This document shows positions 1 to 7,934 of a DNA stretch of 32,000 nt, piece after piece; the stretch's first letter is position 1, and each line of letters starts with the position of its first letter. The position numbers were made by a program, and so were the translations under genes. Origin of the DNA: Candidatus Paracaedimonas acanthamoebae (GTDB taxonomy: Bacteria; Pseudomonadota; Alphaproteobacteria; Caedimonadales; Caedimonadaceae); contig CP008937.1 in the NCBI GenBank assembly GCA_000743035.1, forward strand, positions 90,001-122,000, written 5' to 3'. The notes beneath the pieces are model-generated. The model saw only the letters and a program-made list of their open reading frames with translations, did not search any database and was not told the origin of the DNA.

Positions 1-13
1 TTCTAATGCTTTT

Positions 14-2467
14 ATGAAGCGCTTTTTAATGAGTAAAAAACACAAAGCCATAAGTTTTCTTATCATTAGTATAGGCGCTTTAATCTTCTTTAAATTAAAA
101 GAAGATAAAGGAAAAAAACCAGTAGAAAGCCTTCTTCACCATAAGGCCCCTTGTATTCGCTCAGATCTTGTCACCCCTACTGAGACCACCTTATTAAATC
201 GACCGGCATTAATTGCTGAGATCGACTATAAGTTAAAAGGGCAGAGCGGCATTCAAATATTAGCTCTCATCGGTATGGGAGGAGCAGGGAAAACAACTTT
301 AGCCCGTCAATATGCCAAAATTCAGCATGCCTCGGTTGTTTGGGAAATTAATGCAGAAACTAAAGCAAGCCTTATTAATTCATTTGAGAACTTTGCGTAT
401 GTTTTATCTCAAACTGAGGAGGAAAGAAAATTACTGAAGGACCTTCGAGATATTACTAACCCTCAAGAACGAGAAGATAAAATCTTGCTGTTTATTAAAG
501 ATCACTTAAGGTATCAGCCTAATTGGTTTTTAATCTACGATAATGTTGAGAAGTTTACAGATATTCAAAAATACTTTCCTCAAGACTTTGACGCTTGGGG
601 AAAAGGAAAAATTATTGTCACCACCCGCGATAGCACCCTTCAAAATAACAGCTATATTAACAAGATTCTTTATATAAGTGATCTTTCTTCCCAAGAAAAA
701 TTAACTCTCTTTATGAAGATTATGGGATATAGTGAATGTCATCAATTTACGCTTGCTCAAAGGCAACAAGCAGAGAAGTTTTTAACCCACATTCCGCCCT
801 TTCCTTTAGATGTCTCTATTGCTGCTTATTACTTAAAAGTAACAAATGTGTCTTATGAAGATTACCTGAAGCATTTAAAGGCTTACAGTAAAGAGTTCAT
901 AAACATTCAAGAAAATATTTTAAAAGAAGCGAGTGCTTATGCAAAAACCCGCTATGGCATTGTAATTTTATCCTTACAAAATCTTACAAGGCTTCATAAA
1001 GAGTTTAAAGAACTTTTATTATTCATTAGCTTGATTAACTCTTACTATATTCCAAGAGATTTATTAAATGGATATAAAAATAATGCCATTGTTGATACTT
1101 TCATTTACAACTTAAAGAAATATTCGCTCATCACAAATGAATTATCTTTACAAACTGGTCCCGTATTTTCCATTCATAAAAGCACACAAGCTACAACCTT
1201 ATCTTATTTAATAAGCGGCTTAAGCTTAGATAAAGAAAACGTCCTTTTCTCATCAATTGCCACTACCTTAAGAAATTACATGGTTCATGTGATTGAGAAG
1301 GAAGATTTTGCAAGGATGAACTTACTGGTAGGCCATGGGGAAGCTTTTTTAAACCATGCTAATTTATTTAATGAGAGCGTTATAGGCTCCATAAAGGGAA
1401 AGTTAGGACGTATTTACTCTTACTTGGGATATTACAAAGAGGCAAAACAGCTTCTTAAGGAAAGCCTAATAAGTTTAAAAAAGGATAAAAACTACTTAGA
1501 AAATGCTCAAGCTCTAGGATATTTAGGCCTGGTTTACCGAAGCTTAGGCAATTATCAAAAAACTCAAGATTTATTCGAGCAAAGTTTTAATATTTATAAA
1601 AGGTATCTTCCGGGTGATCTCTTAGGGACTGCTGAGGCATTAGCCAATTTAGGCATTATCTATAGGGATTTAGGAAAATATGAAAAAGCTAAAGAGATGC
1701 TGGAGAGCTCTTTAGCTCTTTATCATAAGAGGCGTTCTTCTGGAAAACTTTTAGGGATGGCTTGGGCTTTGGCTCATTTGGGGATTACATATAGAGACTT
1801 GGGCAATTATGAAAAAGCTAAAGAAGTCCTTGAAGAGTGTCTTGCAGTTTATAAAAAAGAGTTCCCCCACAATCAAGTGCGAACAAGTTGGGTTCTCGTG
1901 CATTTAGGTAATATTTATAAAAGCTTAGGCAACCAAGAAAAAGCTAAAGAGATTCTTGAGCAAAATTTAAAAATTTACAAGGAACTTTATGGCAACGTTC
2001 ATATCAGGACAGCTTGGGTTTTAACAATATTAGGGCAAGCGTATCAATCTTTAGGCCAGTATGAAAAGTCAGAAAACTCATTTAAAGAAGCCCTAAATAT
2101 CTATGAAAATAATTATAGCAAGGATCACGTAAAAGTTGCCTTTTCTCTAAGGAGCCTTGGCCATCTTTACCTTCTTCAGGATAATTTAAAATCTGCTGAG
2201 GATTTCCTCAAAAGGTCCTCAAAAATCTTACAAAAAGAAAACCGTCCTGATGCTTACATTGCCCTAGAACTTTTAGCAGACTTATTTTTAAAAAAGGCTT
2301 CAGAGGCAAAAGATAAAGGGGAGACTCAACACTCTAAGTATTTTAAGGATCAAGCTATTGATTGCTTAGCACAAGCATTAAAAGCTGTAAGAGATCATTT
2401 TCCTGCCGGATCTCCCCACATAGCAAGAATTCAAGCAAAACATGAGCATGCAAGGGATAACATTTAA
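14..2467 (+). CDS. Membrane-anchored STAND NTPase: N-terminal TM helix + NB-ARC-type P-loop NTPase + C-terminal TPR array
   Basis: 817-aa ORF. Hydrophobic AISFLIISIGALIFF near the N-terminus. Walker A GMGGAGKTTLA, Walker B-like FLIYDNV, IIVTTRD (RNBS-B-like). The C-terminal half has about 8-9 tandem units with about 42-residue period of the pattern aL..LG..Y..LG.YeKA.e..E..L.IY (kinesin-light-chain-type TPR). Confidence 0.85.
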   Translation: MKRFLMSKKHKAISFLIISIGALIFFKLKEDKGKKPVESLLHHKAPCIRSDLVTPTETTLLNRPALIAEIDYKLKGQSGIQILALIGMGGAGKTTLARQYAKIQHASVVWEINAETKASLINSFENFAYVLSQTEEERKLLKDLRDITNPQEREDKILLFIKDHLRYQPNWFLIYDNVEKFTDIQKYFPQDFDAWGKGKIIVTTRDSTLQNNSYINKILYISDLSSQEKLTLFMKIMGYSECHQFTLAQRQQAEKFLTHIPPFPLDVSIAAYYLKVTNVSYEDYLKHLKAYSKEFINIQENILKEASAYAKTRYGIVILSLQNLTRLHKEFKELLLFISLINSYYIPRDLLNGYKNNAIVDTFIYNLKKYSLITNELSLQTGPVFSIHKSTQATTLSYLISGLSLDKENVLFSSIATTLRNYMVHVIEKEDFARMNLLVGHGEAFLNHANLFNESVIGSIKGKLGRIYSYLGYYKEAKQLLKESLISLKKDKNYLENAQALGYLGLVYRSLGNYQKTQDLFEQSFNIYKRYLPGDLLGTAEALANLGIIYRDLGKYEKAKEMLESSLALYHKRRSSGKLLGMAWALAHLGITYRDLGNYEKAKEVLEECLAVYKKEFPHNQVRTSWVLVHLGNIYKSLGNQEKAKEILEQNLKIYKELYGNVHIRTAWVLTILGQAYQSLGQYEKSENSFKEALNIYENNYSKDHVKVAFSLRSLGHLYLLQDNLKSAEDFLKRSSKILQKENRPDAYIALELLADLFLKKASEAKDKGETQHSKYFKDQAIDCLAQALKAVRDHFPAGSPHIARIQAKHEHARDNI

Positions 2468-2836
2468 CTACCCAGGTAACTTAGTTTCTTTCTTAAGAAA
2501 TATCCAATAATTCTTGAAAGGCAAGTGCTTTAAGCAAGGTTTTTCTATTTATACGCCCCTGCTACATTTAGTTCCCAGCTTCTTATTCTTATTTTAAAAC
2601 AATTAACCTTAAATCTCATAAAGGTGTAAGGGTATTTCCCTTAAGGGTTCATCTTACAGTTATTTCCTGGATAGGTATGCTTGAAAGCTTAAGGTAGGTT
2701 TGCAGTGTTAGCCCGCAGAACATTTCTAAAGGTTAACAAGAATGAAAGGATTTAATAAATTCTTTCATGAAAAAGCCTAAGAAAGGTAGCAGCCTTCCTT
2801 AGGATTATAACAAACAGTTACATATAGGAGATTAAA

Positions 2837-3610
2837 ATGATTGATAATTATAATCAAGCTTTAAAGAAGAGCCCCTGTCTTTATTTAACTCTTACAGCAC
2901 TTTTACTGAGCTCAGGAAGTTATGGTAGTGATCTTTCCTTACGTGAAGATGGAAACCATTCTTTGAAAGAACGGTTAACCCTGTCTTCTATTAAAGATAA
3001 TAGGGCAGAGGAGCTTGAGAGGAAGCCAAGGTATGCTTTCGGAATCACAGAAGATGAAGTTCAGAAGGATATAAAGCAACCTCCTCAAGAGAAGAGCTTT
3101 TTAAAGAAGCAGGCTAAAAAAGCAGCTAAGCAAGCAGCAGCACAAGCAGCTAAGGAGAAAGTTTACAGTATGTCAGAAAACGAGACAGAAGCTAAGCTTA
3201 TTATCAAATCTATTATGGAGAGGAAGAAACTCAAGGACAAGGAAAAGAAAAATGAGAATCATCTTTTTCATCTTACTCAGAACATGGCCATGAATGCTGC
3301 AAGGCAAGCTGCTCTAGAAGCTGCAGTTAATATATTGCATGATGAAGAAGAGGCAGGAAAGGTTGTAGCTAAGCTTAAGCTAGATCACTATGCAAAAAAG
3401 GAAAACAAGAATGGAGGTAAAGTTAAAAGGTCAAAACCCACTACTTCAAAGGTTACAACGCTTCAAGATTTGAAGTTAGACCAGAGCAGGACTCCTAAAA
3501 AACAACCGGTTTCTTCTAAGCTGGAAAAGGCTAAAACAGGGACAGAGATGGGAGTAAAAATACTTGATGTTGGGCTTAAAGTTGGAGAGTTCCTAATGAA
3601 GGTGATATAA
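2837..3610 (+). CDS. Hypothetical exported Lys/Ala/Glu-rich protein
   Basis: 257-aa ORF with AGGAG 8 nt upstream of the ATG. Signal-like CLYLTLTALLLSSGSYGS. Low-complexity charged body (KKQAKKAAKQAAAQAAKEK). Followed by a hairpin + T-run. No recognisable catalytic motif. Confidence 0.55.
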   Translation: MIDNYNQALKKSPCLYLTLTALLLSSGSYGSDLSLREDGNHSLKERLTLSSIKDNRAEELERKPRYAFGITEDEVQKDIKQPPQEKSFLKKQAKKAAKQAAAQAAKEKVYSMSENETEAKLIIKSIMERKKLKDKEKKNENHLFHLTQNMAMNAARQAALEAAVNILHDEEEAGKVVAKLKLDHYAKKENKNGGKVKRSKPTTSKVTTLQDLKLDQSRTPKKQPVSSKLEKAKTGTEMGVKILDVGLKVGEFLMKVI

Positions 3611-3637
3611 TAAGTCTTGTAGATAAGTATGGCTCCT

Positions 3638-3666
3638 GGGAGCTCACCATGATGAGCTCCCTTTTT
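3638..3666 (+). terminator. Rho-independent terminator candidate downstream of 2837-3610
   Basis: 9-bp perfect stem GGGAGCTCA / TGAGCTCCC (3638-3646 / 3653-3661), 6-nt loop, then TTTTT (3662-3666), 28 nt after the stop codon. Confidence 0.55.
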
Positions 3667-3699
3667 CAATTATAAGAAAAACATTCAATGATCTAGATG

Positions 3700-3806
3700 A
3701 TTGTGATACTGTGTTAAGAATCAAGGATTATCCTTAAGGGTTTGAGGGTTAAAGGCTGTTTTATATTTCAGCACCCCGAAGCATATGTGAAAAAGCTTTC
3801 TTATAT
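3700..3806 (-). mobile_element. Orphan 3' end of an IS110-family element (last ~27 codons of the transposase plus terminus)
   Basis: About 100 nt closely match 17669-17775 (TTGTGATACTGTGTTA...AAGGATTAT...GGTTAAA(A/G)GCTGTTTTATATTT...). The minus-strand translation reads IRKLFHICFGVLKYKTAFNPQTLKDNP*, against LHICFGVLKYKTAFNPQILKNNP* at the C-terminus of ORF 17686-18123. Nothing IS110-like lies further upstream. Confidence 0.75.
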
Positions 3807-4059
3807 TTGGTTTCCAAGTCTACTCCCTTATCTCAAAGTTGTAGTAGAACCAGAAAACCAACTCCAGGCTAATTATTAAAATTTACATTTGACTTTAAGG
3901 CAATTAAAGTGTATCTCTTGTTGCTTAGGTAATTAAATAGTTATGATTTATCCTAAAAGAATCAGCAACCGCACTTAATTGCAGGATACCTGAGAATCAA
4001 GATTTAATTACTAATCATTTAATTATTAATAAAATAAGTTAGCGTATGGAGAACTTGAG

Positions 4060-5190
4060 TTGAGAATACCTTTTTTTATGTCTTTGTCTTTTATTCTTTT
4101 TTCACTCAATACTTGTGTTTACGGATCAATTGACTTAACGGAATATATCCCAAAACCTAAAATACGCCACGTAGCAAGACATACTTCTCAAGCAAAATTA
4201 CAGAAGAGTTACAAAAAGATGCGCAAGAATATGCACCTTGATGAATTAGAGGATCGCGCTGAAAAGTTTAAAGAGCGTATTTATGACCCTGTTAATATGG
4301 ATAATATTGGAGATCAGACAGAGTACATCTCTACTTTAAGAGATTTAAAAAAAAGGTTAGATAAAGTCCATCCTATTTTAGTACCTTACTTTGAAGATCA
4401 CATAGACGAAATAGATAATAGGCTCGACCTAGCAAGACTTGACCTGCAACTTTTTAACAGAAGAGGCGTGCGAGGAAGTTTTAATCACCCCCTCATTCCA
4501 CAAAATATTCAAACTTCTTTAAGTAGCATTGTAGGAAAAATTTTTCATATTACTCAAGAAGAAGGAGAGCCAGAAGATGTCATGGATATTGGTAGCGGTA
4601 TGATGGCCAAGCTCATAAATGGGAAGCCTTCCAATATTAAAAATGGTGATATGCTAAATGGTGTTATGTCATGCGCCCATGTTTTGGAATCAGGAGGTGA
4701 TGAACATTTAATCGGTGTTTATTTTGTCGCTCATGATCATCTTAATCCTATAACAGGATTACCAGAAGACCAAATAAATCCTGTTAATTCAGCTCAAGAC
4801 TTAATGCAATATTTAAGAACAAATCCAAATTCATATGAAATTGATCTTTACAGTATTAAAAGAAGGACAAATCTTATTTCTATAATTGAAGGAAATAATG
4901 TAAATGCCACCAATCCTCAATATTGGAGCAATGAAGATATTATTTTTGGAACATTCAAAACAGTGGCGCATCTTTATAGCCACAATACGAGAATTAAGTT
5001 TGATACCATTACAGCTGATACGCCATTTAAAATAACAAAAAGAAGGAAGCCTTATTTTGCAGCAGGCTACCCAGGATGCTCACACTATAATAAAAGGAAA
5101 TTTAGAAGAGAGTCCAATTATTCTCTTATAAAAGAAATAGGCTTATCTCCGCTTCATATAACCTCCAGGGCTTTTGCACGAGAAGAATAA
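4060..5190 (+). CDS. Exported trypsin-fold (S1, V8-like) protease paralog lacking the catalytic-Ser segment; probably 3'-truncated
   Basis: Signal-like FFMSLSFILFSLNTCVYGS. GSGMMAKL...VMSCAHVLE aligns with GSGVLVGPHHVLTAAHNL of ORF 21166-23538 (His box). EDIIFGTF aligns with DLGMVILD (Asp box). YFAAGYPG aligns with VAVTGYPGDKG. The ORF stops about where the GxSGS Ser box should start, and the ISAs1 transposase begins 89 nt later. TTG start with GGAGAA 7 nt upstream; alternative ATG at 4078. Confidence 0.5.
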   Translation: MRIPFFMSLSFILFSLNTCVYGSIDLTEYIPKPKIRHVARHTSQAKLQKSYKKMRKNMHLDELEDRAEKFKERIYDPVNMDNIGDQTEYISTLRDLKKRLDKVHPILVPYFEDHIDEIDNRLDLARLDLQLFNRRGVRGSFNHPLIPQNIQTSLSSIVGKIFHITQEEGEPEDVMDIGSGMMAKLINGKPSNIKNGDMLNGVMSCAHVLESGGDEHLIGVYFVAHDHLNPITGLPEDQINPVNSAQDLMQYLRTNPNSYEIDLYSIKRRTNLISIIEGNNVNATNPQYWSNEDIIFGTFKTVAHLYSHNTRIKFDTITADTPFKITKRRKPYFAAGYPGCSHYNKRKFRRESNYSLIKEIGLSPLHITSRAFAREE

Positions 5191-5278
5191 ATTTTTAGAG
5201 ATATAGTATTTGTGAAGTAAATTATGTGATGTATTCTTTTGTGAGTTCTTAGGTCTTTATTTAATACAGAAGAATATT

Positions 5279-6370
5279 ATGAACATTTTAGAATATATCG
5301 ATGTTATTGATGATCCTCGTCAGGATTATAAAGTTGTCTACCCCTTAACAACCCTTCTGTTTACCACATTATGTGCCATCTTATGTGGTTGCCAAAGTTG
5401 GCATGATGTTGAAGGTTATTGTTACTCTAAACGTCGCTGGCTCTCCCAACATATAGACTTAAGCATGGGGATTCCTTCTTCTTGGACCTTCAGACGCTTA
5501 TTTACATTAATTGATCCCCTTGTTGTTGAGACCCTTTTAAGGGAAGTGGCTACTTTTCTTCTGGGGACAGGGAAAAGTGATCATATTGTTATTGATGGAA
5601 AAGCTCTAAAGGGAAGTCGACGCCATGATGGTCGATGCTTAAAGTCTGTAAGTGCTTGGTGCCATGAATATGGGTTAGTTCTTGCTGAAAAAGCTGTTGG
5701 TCGGGACTCTCATGAATCGAAAGTGATTCCCTTCCTTCTTGAGACTTTAGCTCTGAAAGGCACCACAATAAGTATTGATGCGGCTGGATGCAATGCTTGT
5801 ATTGCTGAGACTATCATTCAGAAGAAAGGCCAGTATGTTTTAGCTCTCAAGAAGAATCAACCTAAGCTTTATGAAACTGTTACAAGTTATATGAAAGAAA
5901 AAGGACAAGGTAGAGCTTGCCTTATAAAAGATGACTTTGATGATACGCATGGACGTTCAGTGAGAAGGCGTTATTTTACTTGTAATATTTCTCATCTTGG
6001 CATTGATGAGAAATGGCCCGGCTTAAAGACAGCGATTGCTGTTGAGACGATCTCAAGCACACCTCGTTCAACGATTACGGCAGACTGGCGCTATTATATC
6101 ACGAGCCATTCTGCAAAGAATTCTGATCTGGTAAACTATGTTCGCAACCATTGGAATATAGAAAACAAGCTGCATTGGGTTTTGGATGTGCAGATGAAAG
6201 AGGATGATGATCTTAAAGCGGAGCGTAAAAGTGCTCAATCTTTTGCCACTCTCAGAAGAATCGCTCTTAATATCGCAAGAGTTAAGGATCAAACTCCAAA
6301 GCGGAGTGTGCGTCGAAAAATGATGTGTGCCGCTTGGAATGAAGATAATCTGTTAAAGCTTCTCACTTAA
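5279..6370 (+). CDS. ISAs1-family (H-repeat-associated type) DDE transposase, apparently intact
   Basis: 363-aa ORF with family-typical blocks: DPRQ..KVVYPL..LLF..LCAILCG..SW.D (N-terminus), IDGKALKGS, ISIDAAGC, and C-terminal HWNIENKLHWVLDVQMKEDD. Element ends not identified (probably ~5175-6450). Confidence 0.88.
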   Translation: MNILEYIDVIDDPRQDYKVVYPLTTLLFTTLCAILCGCQSWHDVEGYCYSKRRWLSQHIDLSMGIPSSWTFRRLFTLIDPLVVETLLREVATFLLGTGKSDHIVIDGKALKGSRRHDGRCLKSVSAWCHEYGLVLAEKAVGRDSHESKVIPFLLETLALKGTTISIDAAGCNACIAETIIQKKGQYVLALKKNQPKLYETVTSYMKEKGQGRACLIKDDFDDTHGRSVRRRYFTCNISHLGIDEKWPGLKTAIAVETISSTPRSTITADWRYYITSHSAKNSDLVNYVRNHWNIENKLHWVLDVQMKEDDDLKAERKSAQSFATLRRIALNIARVKDQTPKRSVRRKMMCAAWNEDNLLKLLT

Positions 6371-6551
6371 ACTTAATCTTTTACCTATTTTTTTAACCCT
6401 CTTCAAAATCAGAAGAGAAAGAAGAATCTTGTCTTCTTCTTGCCAAAAAACACCTTTTTTCCTAAAAATAAGCCAACAACATAAATTCTAACCTATGATG
6501 ATCCGCTTTAAGGTACCTTTTTGGCTATTTTAAATAAATGTAAAATAATTC

Positions 6552-6740
6552 TTAAGTAAAAAATCTCTCATGCAAAACCCCTGCATAGTGAAGAAGTTCT
6601 TCTAATCCAGGTCTTTTGGTATCCTTTCCTGAGGCTTTATCTGTGAAGACTTTATCAAGGGATATTCCATCGAGTTGTCGTTCTGTATTTTGACCAAAAC
6701 TGCTGACCCGGATATAGCCAAGTATTTTACCTTTAAACAT
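6552..6740 (-). pseudogene. Truncated serine recombinase (resolvase/invertase) N-terminal fragment
   Basis: MFKGKILGYIRVSSFGQNTERQLDGI...DKASGKDTKRPGLEELL matches the catalytic N-terminus of small serine recombinases (YxRVSS...Q). The reading frame ends after about 62 residues, versus about 190 in the intact paralog at 15774-16361. The ORF-track start at 6806 is an upstream extension. Confidence 0.7.
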
Positions 6741-7060
6741 AAATATTCCTTTTTTACATTTATGAGCAATAATTGTCAGAATAGAATCTAAGAGGTTGGC
6801 GAGCATTTGTCAATAAATCCTTAAACCTATTTATTCCTGACAGGGGTAGGATGCTTTTCCTGACATCAGATTAGAGTATACTCTATATTGACATACATCC
6901 CTGTCATTTATCCATAGTAAAACCTTATATAAATTAAATAGAAATTTAATCTAGAAAATGTCTCAACTATATTAATATGACAATTTATCTCTAATTTGCT
7001 ATAAGTATATTTTTAAGGTAACATAATTAATATTGCAATATTTTTTGAGGATACAACATT

Positions 7061-7321
7061 ATGAACGACGTAAGAACAAAGATTGGCGAAGGAGGAAGAG
7101 TCATCATACCTGCGGCTTTTCGTAATGCCTTACACTTAGAGCCAGGTGATGACATAATTCTTCATTTTGAGAATAATGAAATTCATATGACAACCCCTGA
7201 GCAAGCACTCCTTAAACTTCAAGCAAAGGTTAAAAGCTATACTGATAAATTAGAACAACCTATCTCTTTGGTTGATGGATTAATTAAGACACGACGCGCT
7301 GAGGCAAAACATGAGCAATAA
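7061..7321 (+). CDS. vapB: AbrB/SpoVT-fold antitoxin (VapB-type)
   Basis: 86-aa ORF. N-terminal IGEGGRVIIPAAFRNALHLEPGDDIIL is the swapped-hairpin AbrB/MazE motif. GAGGA upstream. Overlaps the downstream PIN gene by 11 nt. Confidence 0.85.
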   Translation: MNDVRTKIGEGGRVIIPAAFRNALHLEPGDDIILHFENNEIHMTTPEQALLKLQAKVKSYTDKLEQPISLVDGLIKTRRAEAKHEQ

Positions 7322-7700
7322 TGTTATTTTGGATGCTTCCGCCCTCCTCGCTCTTATTCATCAAGAACAAGGCGCAGATATTGTGAAGCCTCTCTTAAAG
7401 GAAGCTCTTATGTCAGCAGTTAATGTCAGTGAAGTTCTTACAGCTCTACAAAGAACTGATATTCTTCCTAAAGAGGCTTTGTCTTCTATTTCAGATATCA
7501 TTCAAACGATTATTCCTTTTGATACTGAACAAGCGCAATTAGCAGCTGAATTGAGCCCTTTAACGAAGAGCAAAGGATTATCATTAGGTGACAGAGCGTG
7601 TATTGCTCTTGGACAGAAGATGCAGATTCCTATCTATACTGCTGATATAATATGGGGAGAAGTACAGCTAGAAAATGTTGATATTAGACTCATTAGATAA
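7311..7700 (+). CDS. vapC: PIN-domain toxin (VapC-type ribonuclease)
   Basis: 129-aa ORF. N-terminal VILDASALLALI (first acidic residue), SAVNVSEV, LSLGDRACIALG (later acidic residue), and YTAD near the C-terminus. Translationally coupled to the antitoxin. Confidence 0.85.
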   Translation: MSNNVILDASALLALIHQEQGADIVKPLLKEALMSAVNVSEVLTALQRTDILPKEALSSISDIIQTIIPFDTEQAQLAAELSPLTKSKGLSLGDRACIALGQKMQIPIYTADIIWGEVQLENVDIRLIR

Positions 7701-7934
7701 TTCTTCATACGTTTTTTTATTTTTGCAAATCAGTTGTGCGACATTTTTGAGCTAGTAAAGCAGCCAAAAATTATCTAGCCTTACCCCTGCTATTATGAAG
7801 CTTTATGCTAATAAAGAGGCTAAAAAGCAATAATCAAGAGAGAAAGCTAGAAAAGCAAGCAATAATTTTAAAAACATTATGGCTTAAACCTCTTTAAGAA
7901 GTACAGATAAGATTTATAGAAACTTAAAATTAAA

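Noticed and set aside
2837-3610. Histone H1-like / chlamydial Hc-type DNA-binding protein, suggested by the AKKAAKQAAAQAAKEK stretch.
   Set aside because: The protein has an N-terminal signal-like sequence and is overall mixed-charge (many Glu/Asp), not strongly basic. The Lys/Ala stretch is short. The resemblance is low-complexity only.
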